Source of the DNA: Sphaerodactylus townsendi | Lineage: Eukaryota | Length of the DNA: 64,000 nucleotides | Direction of reading: 5' to 3' | NCBI RefSeq assembly: GCF_021028975.2 | Contig: NC_059429.1 | Span: 42,098,001 to 42,162,000 of the forward strand | Shown here: positions 1 to 12,608 of the stretch, piece by piece | How positions within the stretch are numbered: position 1 is the stretch's first letter | How the letters are laid out: every line of letters starts with the position of its first letter | Program-made: the position numbers and the translations under genes | The notes under the pieces: model-generated | The model's input: only the letters and a program-made list of their open reading frames with translations | Told to the model about the DNA's origin: nothing | Database searches by the model: none

Positions 1-1182
1 AATCAACAAGAGGAGAGGTTAGCTAGCCCAGAGGTAGAGTCTCTCAAAAAGCTCTTGTACCTGTGATGGATTAAGAAGAAAGGGGCCAGAAAGATGCAAA
101 CTGGAGGTAGGATGCATTTTGTGCTGTGCTAGTTCCTTTGTATCAATAGAGACTGACACCTTCCTTCTCTCTCCAGAAACTCAGTGCTTCTAACAGTGCT
201 ACAGCAGGCAGAAGTTCATCAAGTGAAGAGTTTCTAACACAAACCCTCTGAGCCTGTTGAGTTTTTGAACTGTGAGAAGAATAGGGTCCTCTGGAAGGGA
301 ACAGTGGCTTGATGCAAACCTATTAGACTCCAAATCCAGTATTTCCTTCAGTCTTCCGTACCATTCAAAATCCTAAATCAAATTCCTAAATCACATCATA
401 GAGTTCTTTATTCTTGTGATTCCCAGGTAATCGATAAATCATGGGCAAGTTGCCACCATTAAGGAAACAGTATCAAATAAAACTGAAAGTCAAGAAATGC
501 AAACCGCAAATGAGATCAAGCAGCAGCAGTACCCCCCGCCCCCCAGGAAAAAAGCTCCAAATTGAAATACCAGGGTCATCAAGACCCTGCCTGGTGGCTT
601 AATAGGTCTCCCCTGGGAAGATATTCCATAGCAGCATCACCACTACAGACAGAGCCCTCCCATGATGGCACCATTAGATCTTCCCTGGAAACATCTCAGG
701 CATACACCTAAAAAGTGTAATGTGAAACAGTTTACAGTTCGACTCAAATGATAATGTCTCATGAAAGCCAAGGTTATTTATTTTATTAGATTAAATATGC
801 TGTCTTATGTTCCTAAGCATCTGTACTGGGAAGCAAATGTCATAATTTCCTTTTAGCTTTCCTTTCCCGCAGAGTTTCCACACCTTAGACATTAGACAAA
901 ACAGAAGATCTGCGGCTGAAGTGGGAAACAGCAAGCCCATATCCTTCCCTTCTTCCAGATATGATCCATCTCTGTGACCACAACAGTATGATATATCACC
1001 TGTTACAATGAATGAATGTACACCCTGTGAGTATCTGACTGCATTTGTTTGTAAGAAAAAGCCAATGGATATTCACTTTGCAAATGAAACCAAGGACCAG
1101 TACCTGGATATATCTGTGGTTTCAGTCATACATTCAGCTGTACATGTGATGAATGTAACATGAGAATTATTCAACACATATA

Positions 1183-1417
1183 TCCTGTTTCCCCAAAAAT
1201 AAGACATCCCCTGAGAATAAGACATAGTAGAGGTTTTGCTGAAGTGCTAAATATAAAGCCTCCCTCGAAAGTAAGACGTAGCAAAGTTTTTGTTTGGAAG
1301 CATGCCTGATGAACAGAACACAGAAAAATAAGACATCCCCTGAAAATAAGATGCATAGCACATCTTTGGGAGCAAAAATTAATATAAGACACTGTCTTAT
1401 TTTTGGGGAAACAAGGG
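1183..1417. mobile_element. Tc1/mariner (Tc2-like) MITE
   Basis: TIRs CCTGTTTCCCCAAAAATAAGACA / TGTCTTATTTTTGGGGAAACAAGGG with TA on both sides, and internal AATAAGACATCCCC repeats. A second copy is at 41132. Confidence 0.85.
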
Positions 1418-1602
1418 TACATAGTACATGGATTGTATGTACATTTTCTGTAGTTTGCAAACAAGGCTACTATAAACAAATGATTCTGCCCTCCCTGCTT
1501 GCTGCTGCTTGCATGAACAGCAAAACTTGCACTGCAGTACAATGACAAAGAGTACACCTCAGAGCCAGAGCAATATAGTGGCCAAAGGGTCACATTAGGA
1601 CT

Positions 1603-1965
1603 CATAGGATCATAGAGTTGGAAGGAGCCATATAGTCCAACCCCTTGCTCAATGCAGGATCAGCCTAAAGCATTCCTGACAAATGTTTATCCAGCTGCTG
1701 CTTGAAGATTGCCAGTGAAGGGAGCTCACCACCTCCCTAGGCAGCCAATTCCACTACTGAACTACTCCTCCAGTAAATTGTTTCCCTTATATCCAACTGG
1801 TACCTTTCTGCCTGCAGTTTAAACCCATTATTGTGAGTTCTGTCTTTTGCTGCCAACAGGAACAGAGTCCTGCCCTCCTCTGACAGTCTTTCAAATTCTT
1901 AAAGAGAGCAATTCTGTATCCCCTCAACCTCCTCTAATCCTGATTGAATATTCCTACATCCCTCC
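1603..1965 (-). mobile_element. CR1 LINE 3' fragment
   Basis: TCATAGGATCATAGAGTTGGAAGG...TAGTCCAACCCC...CACCACCTCCCTAGGCAGCCAATTCCA is a typical antisense CR1 3' end. Confidence 0.85.
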
Positions 1966-2059
1966 AAGTCAGAATACCAGGGCTGAAATCCACACTCAGA
2001 CATGAAACTAGACAAAAGAGAGTAGAATGATATGTGTTGCCCTTAGTTCACGTGTGGTG

Positions 2060-2061
<2 letters not shown>

Positions 2062-2102
<41 letters not shown>
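2062..2102. repeat. (TG)n microsatellite
   Basis: About 20 TG units. Confidence 0.95.
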
Positions 2103-2103
<1 letters not shown>

Positions 2104-3251
2104 TATAAAAATGAGTGTTAAAAATAAGTCATGCTGCATCAGGTCAATGGGGCATCTATTTCCACCAGGGGCAACTCACATGCCACAGCAGCTAGCCTGC
2201 TGACTGGTTTGCAGTGTGGGGCAACTCAAGGCATTTTGCCTCTTGGTCCCATTCAGCTATTATGACTAATAGGCAGTGATAAACCTAATCTTCATAAACA
2301 TCTCTGATCCCTTTGAAGTCTTTCAAAACCAGTGGCCTACACCACATCTACTAGTAATGAGTTTTATGTGTCACTGCTCATGGGATGGTACTACTTTTGA
2401 ACTGAATATTACTAAGGGTGACAGGAAGGGAAGACCCAGACTTTGCTTCTACTGTCTTTATTTTACATTAGACAACATGTGATTTGTGCAAAACAAACAC
2501 CAGCACAAACCTAAAATTCAATCCTACTATCCTTCTCATTAGTCCGGCATCTCCCATTTCACCACTTCAATAATATGCTTCCTTCTCATATGAAAACAAA
2601 AAGCCAGGGGTATAATTTCAAGCATAAGTCCTACGTGGTCCTGCTGAAGAAATACTGGTTGCTGAAGATGAAGCTGTGGACGATTCAGCAATAAAGATGG
2701 AAAACTATACTAATCATTTCTATCTCTTTTTTTCTGCAGTAATTTTAATTTAAGGCACTGGAGGAGATGCAATTTAGTACAATTTAGAGCTGCATTTATA
2801 TCATTATTTTTACTCTCCTGAATCATTACTATTTCGATAACAGCTTGGACAGAAGCCACAGTCAGAAAAACTCAACAGAATTGTAGCTCCTGCCGTTGTA
2901 TCCCTGTGACTGCAGCCAGATCCATCACCAATAAGACCGTCACATTCATAAACAATGTCTAAGTATCCATTTAGGATTTTGTATTACAATCTAAGGAGGT
3001 ACTCTCCAGATATGATGAAAGGGTGTTACTAAGCATTATAACCTAACATGGACGTCGTCCACAATAAATCCAAGATGCTATAAGACCCCCTTTTTCCCTG
3101 CCACAGATGCTAAAAGACCCTATTTTTTCCTGCTTCAGCAGGGCTAGTCTGTGATTAAACACGGCAAGAAAATAATCTCTTATGTTTTTGGGACTAGTTT
3201 GCATCTTCCTTTGTGGAGGAGAAGACCAAAAAAGAATGGCTGATTTCGAAT

Positions 3252-3469
3252 TAGAATTGCCTCTCCCAGGTGGCACCTGCAAAGCTCCTGCTATTACAAT
3301 TGATCTCAAGATGATCAAGATCAGTTCTCCTGCAGAAAATGGCAGCTTTGGAGGGTAAACTCTATGGCATTATACCCTGCTGAGGTCCTTCTTTTCCCCA
3401 AATCCCACTCTCCTCAATATCCACTCCCCAAATCTCCAAGTATTTCTCAACCTAGAATGGGCAACTCTA
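3252..3469. mobile_element. hAT-type MITE (AGGGTTGCCA-TIR family), decayed
   Basis: Degenerate TIRs TAGAATTGCC / GGCAACTCTA. The body matches the copies at 12021 and 9643. Confidence 0.75.
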
Positions 3470-3781
3470 TTTAGTACACAACCCAAACCTCAGCAGAACT
3501 GTGATGATCCAATGCAGCCCGTTAAACCCTGGGAACCCCTAGGAACTTGGATGCTGCAAAGTAGCATTGCTGGGCCTGGGTTGGGAAAAACCTGGAGATT
3601 TTGTGCACCCATAGCTACAGATACTGGTATTCTGTGTCTGGGGAGGCCCACTGAAATGCAAGACAAAGATGGCCAAATGTGAAAGCCTGTAGTAATTACA
3701 GTGTTGGACTAATATCTTGAAGATAAAGTTCCAACCCCCACATTGACATGGACACTTGCAGAGTAACCTCGGGCCAGTCAT

Positions 3782-4306
3782 AGGGCTTTTCCACACAATT
3801 TATTTAAAACATTTTGAGGCAGGAAATAAAATGTTTTCTCCGTGAAGTTCCACATTGTTTTTACCCCAAAACATTTTATTTCCAGTCTCAAAACATTTTA
3901 AATGAATCCCATTTTCAAATGATTCTTGAGGCTGAAACGTTTTCAAAATATTTTACTTGTGCGTATCTATTTAAAATGTTTTACAAACCTCTCTGCCATC
4001 CCGAACTTCCTCCTCAGCACCCTTTTGTGAGCTCACTCTCTGTTTCCCTTCACCTGTTTATTAGATTATTTCTTAATTATTTTATTTTGGGGAATAATCT
4101 TCAATGCATCAAGTGCATGAGGCACAAAGAATTGCAGCATGAGGCTGTGAAGCAATAAAGCATTGGTTCACCAATGAACTCCAACCCCCCCTCCCCCCAA
4201 CCCCCCCCCCACATAATGGTGGTCATGAATCGCTTCCAGGGGGTGAGTGCGGACAAAAGGGGGGAGGGATTGAAAACATTTTATACATTTTTGTGCAGAA
4301 AAGGCT
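3782..4306. mobile_element. non-autonomous DNA transposon (PIF/Harbinger-like ends)
   Basis: Ends GGGCTTTTCCACACA / TGTGCAGAAAAGGCT. The subterminal TTTGAGGCAGGAAATAAAATGTTT is shared, inverted, with 19856-20370. Confidence 0.65.
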
Positions 4307-6224
4307 ATACACTTTCAGGCTAATCTACTCCATGGGGCAGGTGGTGGCGGCGGCTTTGAAAGTTGCAGATGAAAAAGGTATAAGTTCTCACACTGGTTCT
4401 AGGCTCCAGTTAAGAGCATAACAGAGCCAAAATCAGCAGCAGGAGAATTTAACAGTAGAACATTCCAGAAGCTAGGGTGGAATCCAGGAGTTATGAACAG
4501 CAAGACACTACTGAGTGGGTTGTTCATCCAGTTTACAGCAAGACATTGCTGTTGAATTGTTCATCCAGTTTACAGGCCTCTTTTGAATAATTAGAAAGTT
4601 GAGACTGGTGCAGTTGCCTAGGGTTGCATTCAGGCATCATGTGAAGATGACAAAGCCTGAATGTGCATGGACTTGGCATGTTGTGGGGGTTGTGCATGTC
4701 CCTCTATCCTCCCCTCTCATATGACACACAATAAAGACATCTTGATGACATATAAAAACAGCATGTGGCTTAACCAGAGCTAGGTTTTGTCCACCCAAGC
4801 TCTAAATCTGGACTAAAATTTAAGAATGCTGGCTTTCTGAAAGGGGAAGAACTAACTCCAGTTATGTCATGTGGCTGTACTTGTTCATCATGGATAACTG
4901 AATCTGGTTCTAAGGCAGGATTCCTTCATGGTGCAGGAAGAGAAGAGAGAGAGATGTGATACACACACACACTCATGTACTGCTGCAATCCAGGGTTTTG
5001 AGCATGTGGGTGTAATGTCAGCTGTATGCAACATGTAAACAGCCTAAAAGCATCAGCTAGAAAGCCTCAGGATCATAGCTCACTTCAGCCATCATGTGAC
5101 TCAGCAGCAACACCTTCTGCACTCATAATAGTAAAATTTGAGATCCGGGCAAGACATTCCACACACCACTTCCTCACAATGCCAGGCCTGCTCCACAGAC
5201 CTGATATTTCTCCTCCCATTCACCAGCAGCAACTTGGGTATTTTGCAAAATCCGAATAAGAGCCACAGCAGAATCATAATTCACTGGAGGGCAAAAGATC
5301 ATTTCAAACTCATCAAGCATTCCAGGTGTTCTCTCCATTAATTCTGGAACATCAGGCCTGAATTCACACCAGCTTGAGATTTGTTTACACAGTCAAAGTG
5401 TGAATCAAAAGGACTGGATGGACCAGAGGCTCTTGACTCACTGCTTTTTCATCCCGGAATGACTAATCACAGAAACGGTAGCAGGGCTGCGTATTATTTT
5501 GGGTAGGAGCAACTGACAGCCCCACTGAGAAGCACTATGACCTGACTTCTGAGAAGCTAATCAGCACAGGGATGTGTGGCTAAAGCACCAGAAAATCCCT
5601 TGCTTTGGGGGCTAGGGAGAAGGTAGCTGGGACTGCTCAACAACCACCACCTCTGAATCCTGTCTGTGTGGACAAAAGTACTTATTACTCGAGATCCTGG
5701 TCTACATTATTTTAGTACTTGTAATACTGAAACAGAAATAACCAACTGTGATAAAAATAGGTCCTTAGACTGTTATTCATGGTCAAACCAGATGGCACAC
5801 TGGGAGATTCAGGAATGAGTCTCTGAAAAAGTGAAATACTAGCAGTGCAGGGCTCTAGTGTCTCTGCGAGAGAAATAGAGCAAGACTGAGAGGGAGGGGG
5901 GAGGATTAATCTTTCATCTCCCTGCATAATTTTTCCAAATGAACAGTCCAACAGCCCACACCCTGGTCTGAAAAGCAGTGTATGAACTTGGAGAGAGGGT
6001 CCATTTTGTTCCACCAAACCACACACGGGAAAGGGTCAGCCCCTGTCTTCATAGCCTAATGGAGTTTGAGGCCCTGTATTGCTGTTATTTGACTTTATTG
6101 AAAATAGTTTTTTACTGGTCTCCCAGTGTCACATCTCAAATACAGATAGTCAGGGACAAAATATGTTGCTCCCCTTGAAGGTCCAGCCATCTATACTTTG
6201 TGGCCCTGCCCTTCGCTTCCAAAT

Positions 6225-6397
6225 TTGATTCCCCACACCTACATTCACCTGCTGGGTGACCTTGAGTTACTCGCAGTTCTTTGGAAATCTCTCAGCCCCA
6301 CCTACCTCACAAGTCGTCTGTTGTGGGGAGAGGAAAGGAAGTTTGTAAACCCCTTTGAGTCTCCTTACAGGAAATCCAAACTCCTCCACTTCTTCAT
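6225..6397 (+). mobile_element. Squam3-type SINE, 5'-truncated
   Basis: CTGCTGGGTGACCTTG...CTCTCAGCCCCACCTACCTCACA...GAGTCTCCTTACAGG...AAATCCAAACTCCT; homologous to 59988-60304. Confidence 0.75.
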
Positions 6398-7386
6398 TTA
6401 GTTCACTCTATATTATATGATGAGTTTTTCTGCTGTTGTATGCAAGGCAGCTAAGAACCTTTGCATATTTCAGTGTACCAAAATGTGCTGAAACAAAAGA
6501 GAAACACACACTAGTGGTAAGCAGAAGACTGCTAACTCCTGCTTTGAGATATCCTTTGTTTCTCTCTCTCTCTCTCCCCGCCCACCCCATTTTGTCTTTT
6601 TCAACTGCTTGCCTGTAGGAAGGAATTGTTCTGCAAATTTAATTGTTATGTGGTGCCTAGTTTCAGAGTCACTTTATAAATAAGAAATATTATTATTATA
6701 ATATGATTAGTCTGTGGTACATCTGCTAAAGTGTGCAAAGTATGAGCCAGAAAGATCACATCACCCCAGTTACTAATCCAGCCATAGGTATCTATCAAAC
6801 ACTCATAAACTTGCCTTATTCAGACCATTGGTATATGAAGGTCAGTATTTTCTACTCCAAATGGCAGCGTTTCTTCTGGGCACACTTCTTTGAAATCTCC
6901 TACGGCCTGATCATTTTAATTAACCCTGTTCATATTTGTAACTTCCAAACAAATCTTCTTAAGGACTCCATTTTATAGGTGCAAACCTTAACATTTCTGA
7001 ATTTTCAGGACTTCTAAGCGTTTTAATTATAAATATTTTACCTTCCAATTCTGCAGCTTTGACTTAAACCCTGCATCTATCTATAGTTCCTGGCCAAAGT
7101 GAATTTAGTACTCCTGGTTCCTGATTGGCAATTGTTCTTTTTATACTGCTGTAGCATTGCTTTATATTTTGATTACCGCAACCTGCACAAGCAAACTGGT
7201 TTTAAAAATTGAAAAGCATATGTAAAAAATTAAATAAACGATGACAGTAGCCTATCTGACAAGGATATTGTAAAGATGAATTGAATAATATATAAGAAAC
7301 ATTTTTGTTGATTTAAAATGTGCCACGTAAGTGCTAATATTACGACTTTGAAAGGAAATGCTGAGATTTATACATTGCTGCATAAC

Positions 7387-7515
7387 TAGGGTTGCCAGCT
7401 CCGGGTTGGGAAATACCTGGAGGTTTGGGGGTGGATCCTAAGAAGGGCAGGGTTTGATCCCTGGACATCCGCTGTAATAGCGGGAGACCTCCAGCTACCA
7501 CCTACAGGCTTGCAA
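7387..7515. mobile_element. hAT MITE (AGGGTTGCCA family), internally deleted
   Basis: TAGGGTTGCCAGCTCCGGGTTGGGAA start, shared with the copy at 9643. Confidence 0.75.
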
Positions 7516-9154
7516 GCATAACAGATGTGATAAACATGTATTTTGCACTCAAGGATCCAAACTTGAATACAAACCGTCTTGGAAAACGCAGCCTTCGGTG
7601 ACACGGCAGCAGCAAAGTGTCAAAATCTTATTATTTGTGTAATTGCAGGATCGGCCTGCTACTGATTCAGATCAGACTGTATTCTATGCTGGACAATAAG
7701 CATTCCTAAGGCAGAATTTCCCTTTTGAGCATGCAGCTTTTGTAATGTCTCCAGGCCAAATCCTTCTTTTGCCTGAAGAGGTAATAGGTGGAGGATTGCT
7801 CTGTGCATACAGAGGGAAGAGATCAGCAGACGCTTTCCTGCTTCTCTCTCAGCTTAATAGCCTTGCAGAAGGGGTACAGCTGGAGCTGATCTGAGCTTTG
7901 CTACAAAGCAGTCACTTGTCTGGGCCAAAATGAAAAAAATATATAAAGATGAGAAGATGGCTTTAAAGCTCTCTTGGCCCCCAACCCAATTTGCTGTTAC
8001 AGTACAGGACAATCTGCAAGGGAGAAACTCACTGTCGAGGTCCTTTATTACCCGAGCTTGGCGTGTTCCGTAATGTCGGCTACACCATGGCTGCTGCAAT
8101 TTACTATTTAACTGGGAAACAATCCAGCCAAGGGGATACCAGCTGGAGAGTAGCATTTATATCAATATTGGAAGCCAGCAAGATCCCTGAAGGACCCGCG
8201 GGGCCCACCATCAATTTCTGAGCTTGGGAGAGCCGTGCCAAGGACTAAAGAATCTCTGCTGCAATTGTTAGATTTTTTTTATTGTAATTGCAGCAGCAGT
8301 TCTGGTGACAGTCCAGGCACAGAAAGCAAAACTGTCACAGCTCCAGAGCTGGTATAATAGACACAAGCAGAAAATTGGGCCTTCTACACTCCAAGGACAG
8401 ACCCTGAAACGAATGCTCGCCATGTGATCTGGAGAGTGTGAAGCTAATGCTCCGACTACCTGATCCTACGGGGTTGCTTTAGCTTAAAGCCTTTAGATCT
8501 GATGGGGCAAACAGAGATGCAGCTAAAGCAGCAGCTTTCACCAGGCACATGGAGTGAAGCTGCCTGGCTCAGCTCCAGGTGCCATGAAGATCCCCTAACG
8601 TTCCCATTACTGCTCTGAAAGAGAGGTGTGAAGCATCACATCATGAGTGGTTCTAACAGTCCCTGGGAACAGGAGTGCAGGTTTGTTGCCAGGACTGGCT
8701 CAACCAGACAAGGAGATAAAGTGCTTGCTTAGGAAGGGAACTCTGCACTTAACAGTAAATTCAAAGCTGCTTCAAAGGGAATAGCACCTGACAACTGAAA
8801 TGTTAATACTGTATTCCAAGAGGTAGGATTCGAAATAGCATCCCAACTATCCAAATATTAAAATAAATTCATAAAACATACTGATTTCTGTTGTCAACAT
8901 CAATTTCTTAAATCACTAGTGTGCTGCCAAAATTACCTGCTTACTAAGGCATTATTTCAATATTCTCAGTGGTTTATAACTCTCTTGAACTGAGAAGCAC
9001 CATCAGTCTGTCACACTTTTCTTTTACTTTCTAAGGAGCTCAGAATGATCCAGGTAATCATTGTTTTATCTCCAGATAAGGCAGAGAGAATGACCAGCTC
9101 AAAGGCCTTTGCTGGTTAGGAGTAATTCAAACTTGGATCTCTCATGTCTTAGTG

Positions 9155-9337
9155 CAGTGGTTCTCAACCTTCCTAATGCTGTGTCCCTTTAATACAGTTC
9201 CTCATGTTGTGGTGACCCCCAACCCTAATTTATCCATTTTATAGATGGAGAACACTGATGCAGAAAGTCTTAGGCGACCCATATGAAAGGGTCGTTCTAC
9301 CCCCAAGAGGTCCCGACCCCCAGGTTGAGAACCACTT
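9155..9337. mobile_element. SPIN (Space Invader)/URR1-type hAT-Charlie MITE
   Basis: CAGTGGTTCTCAACCTTCCTAATGC...CCCTTTAATACAGTTCCTCATGTTGTGGTGACCCCCAACC...AGGTTGAGAACCACT, with a perfect 8-bp TSD TCTTAGTG (9147-9154, 9338-9345). Confidence 0.92.
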
Positions 9338-9642
9338 TCTTAGTGCATTATCCCACCCACTACACCACAGTGGCTCCCAAAGCATTTTCCAGCAATTCCA
9401 TCCCGAGAGTTCAGGTAACAAATGAGCGTAGGGACGAACAGAAACAATTGTGCTCAGCTTTTGGATCGAGGTTGGAAGTAGGATTTTTAGCAAAGAGCAG
9501 GGAATTCTTCTCTCTGCAAGCAAAAGCCGAAAAAGCTGAAACCTATTAGGCTTTTTAAGCACCAGGCTGATTCGGCTCTGCACCTTCAGAGGCAGTATTT
9601 CTCTGAGTACCAGATCCAGAGAACAACAACGAACAGGGGCGC

Positions 9643-9841
9643 TAGGGTTGCCAGCTCCGGGTTGGGAAGTAACTGAAAGTTTCAAGGGTGGAGCCTGTGG
9701 AGGGAGGTGTTTGAGGAAGGGAGGGACCGCAGTGGGATATAATGTGATAGAGCAGCCATTTTCTTGAGGAGAAATTATCTCTGTCCCTTGGAGGTCAGTT
9801 CTAATTTTGAGAGAATTACCACCAGGAGATTGGAAAACCTA
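9643..9841. mobile_element. hAT MITE (AGGGTTGCCA family)
   Basis: TAGGGTTGCCAGCTCC ... TTGGAAAACCTA ends. Confidence 0.8.
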
Positions 9842-10274
9842 ACGGTTGCCCTCAAACTCTGATTGTGGGTTTGCCACAGTCAGTGGAACACTGGCTCAGT
9901 TCAGACATCACATACAACAAGGGCTAATTAAGCTAACAATATGTAATGTGATTGTCTGAGCATGAGTCATCCTACTAGCTAGGACTAGTTACAGAACAGA
10001 ACCATGGTTTCCAGCTTATTTGTTAACCTCAGTGAGCTTTAAAAACAGTTTTACATAATGTACTTTTATGGATCTCACTGTTTCTTCACCAGTGCTGTCC
10101 TCACACAGAGATGCCTAGCCAGAGTGGCTCAAAATTGAAATCTCTTGCATTTCCCTAACTCTCACTGGTCACCTCCTCTTTGACTCGTGATCCAACTGGT
10201 CAGGGAGATGTCCAATGAGAATTAGCAAAATTGAAGAGTGGTTTCAATTCTGGTGTTCTGTGGGAGATAAAAGC

Positions 10275-10985
10275 ATTATTATTATTGATTGATTGATTGA
10301 TTTTACAGCTGCCAGTTCTTTAGCTGGTTGTTGGCCTTTCATTACAATACGTGCCTCACCCAGAGGCCCAGGAAGTTGTAATGTATCGGTGTAGTATTAT
10401 GATTATTGATTATGTTTTATATCATATTATTATTATTATTACTTAATTTTGTTTAATATCACTGCTGCCAGTTGTTTAGCTGGTTATTTGCCTTCCATTA
10501 CAATTCAAGCATCACCCAGGGGCCTAGGACGTTGTAATACATTGACATATCATTTGTGTGGATCCCAGCAGGGATGCCTTTTAAGTCTGACAGATGCTGA
10601 TTTTGTTGATTTGAAGAGGTTTCAAGTGCCACCCTGGTGTTTTTGGAATGGCACCCAGCATGCCAATTACCATGGGGACAAACCTCAGCTTGTTTGTGCC
10701 ATAGCTGCTGAATCTTGATTTTCACATTGTGGTATTTAGTTCTTTTTGTTCTTTTTGTTCTTCATGTTCTTTTCATTTTTCCTCAACGCTCATGTTCTTT
10801 TTCATCAACCCTGCTGTCCACAGGTATTGCCATGCTGATGATGGCCACTTTCTTGCTCTCCATCACTGTGATGTCCAGTGTATTATGTGCCAACACTTTG
10901 CTCATTTGGATTCAAAAGTCCCACAAGATCTGGACCTTCTCATTTTCCGTGACTTTCTCTCCTTGATTTTTCCACCAGTTTTTAG
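10275..10985 (-). mobile_element. two tandem 3' fragments of an R4/Dong-like (RLE-endonuclease) non-LTR retrotransposon
   Basis: Frameshifted minus-strand translation KNWW..EKVTENEKVQILWDF*IQMSKVLAHNTLDITVMESKKVAIISMAIPVDSRVDEKE...KIKIQQLWHK...ITTS*, resembling a restriction-like endonuclease C-terminus. The 3' end is duplicated (10306-10390 and from 10464), and each copy abuts (TTA)n. Confidence 0.8.
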
Positions 10986-11781
10986 CCATTTATGTTTATT
11001 GCTGTTGTTATCATCATCATCATCAACTTCATCATCATCATGTCTAGTGAAAAGGATACATTCCAGAAAAAGCACTGGCATTAACAAATGAATACACCTG
11101 ATGATGACAGAAAATTGACTCAAGGCCAGCTTTGACCATACAGGTGAGCAGATGATCCCTCGGCTGACTGGGAGATGAATGGTCAGTGTCCAGAGTCTAA
11201 TTGGTACTCTCGCCAGTGTTCATGAAAATTAAACCTTGAGGCACTAATGCTGATCTCTGGCAGCCAAAAAAAACCCCTCAGTCCAGCTTTAGATACAGAA
11301 AGAAGGAGGAAATGGTTCCTACAGTCCTAATTTAATTTGGATTTGCCTTCTGAGTTACTTTGTGCAGGCAGTCAGATGAAGGATTAATGGGCTGCCAACC
11401 AACACAGAGAATTGGTGAGGTATGTCTGTAGAAGTAATTGGAATTTGGTTCTTGGCCTAGATTTCTGTTCATGAAAACATGGGCACAGAGTCGGACCACT
11501 AGTCTACCAAGGTTAGCAGCAGCAGTCCAGGGTTTCAAGTCCAGATCTTTCAAATCACCTACTACTTAATCCTTCTAACTGGTCTGTCTGGAATAGAACC
11601 TGGGCCTTGTCTATGCAAAGCAGGCATCTTTGCACTGAGCCACAGCTACTCTCGGCCAATCATTTGCTAAATTGATCCTTATTTAATAACGTATCTTATA
11701 AAACTCTCAGTTTCAATTGTATCTAGACGTCCTACTCAGCCATAAAGATTCCTGGGTGGCCTTCTGAATTCTCACTCAGCC

Positions 11782-11978
11782 CAGTGGCGTAGTACCCATG
11801 TGTCGGGGGACTGTGACACCCCAGGCGGAGCTGTGGCAGAGGTGTGGCCAGGCCGTGGAGTGGACGTGGGCGTGGTGTGGCATTCTGGGAGAGTTCTGGG
11901 GCGGGGGCAGGTGCCGCCGCTGCAGGGGCGCAGGGCACGCGCAAGTCCCAGGCGCAGTTTTTCCTTTTTCCACCTCTG
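11782..11978. mobile_element. GC-rich hAT MITE
   Basis: Ends CAGTGGCGTAG / CCACCTCTG with a perfect 8-bp TSD ACTCAGCC (11774-11781, 11979-11986). Confidence 0.85.
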
Positions 11979-12020
11979 ACTCAGCCCAATCTGCCTTAAA
12001 GAGAAGGAGACATCTGCAAA

Positions 12021-12239
12021 CAGGATTGCCAACCTCCAGGTGGTGGCTGGAGATCTCCAGCTATTATAACTGATCTCTAAGTGACAGAGATCACTTCCCT
12101 TGGAGAAAATGGTTGCTTTGGAAGATGGACTCTATGGCAGTGTACCCCACTGGAGTCCCTTCCGTCTCCAAATCCCACCCTCCTCAGGCTCCACCCCCAA
12201 AATCCCTCAGTATGTCCCAACTTGGAGTTGGCAACCCTG
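12021..12239. mobile_element. hAT MITE (AGGGTTGCCA family), full length
   Basis: TIRs CAGGATTGCCAAC / GTTGGCAACCCTG; TSD TCTGCAAA / TTTGCAAA (7/8). Confidence 0.88.
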
Positions 12240-12608
12240 TTTGCAAAGTGAATTTTTGCATACTGATCTCTCACCTCCTTGGCTGTTCTGCTCCCATTGG
12301 AAATAGGAAAAATAGAGGCCCTTTTCAAATCCTGGACCTTACCACGCACTGAAACCGACCATGCCATTAGGACTGCTCAAGTGGGAGATTCTCTGGGGTC
12401 TGAGCAGACTGAGGGAACAGTCAAAGGCCAAAGATCCAGGCTAGTTGAAGAGCACAGCCTAACAATGATGGAGTTAGAGGGGAGAGCCTAGCATAAGAGC
12501 TGTCTGTTTGCCTTAAAAGGCTAAGGAGCGGAGGGGAGGGAGCGGATATTTTGTCCTCATATTTTTCTTGGTAACTGGCCCAAAAGCAAAACATAAACCA
12601 CCAGCATA

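Noticed and set aside
1167-1605. Similar ORFs at 1.2 kb and 41.1 kb suggesting a gene family
   Set aside because: They are translations of two copies of one MITE.
4497-4575. ~38-bp two-copy tandem repeat (also a small one at ~16905-16960)
   Set aside because: Ordinary local slippage duplication with no further structure.
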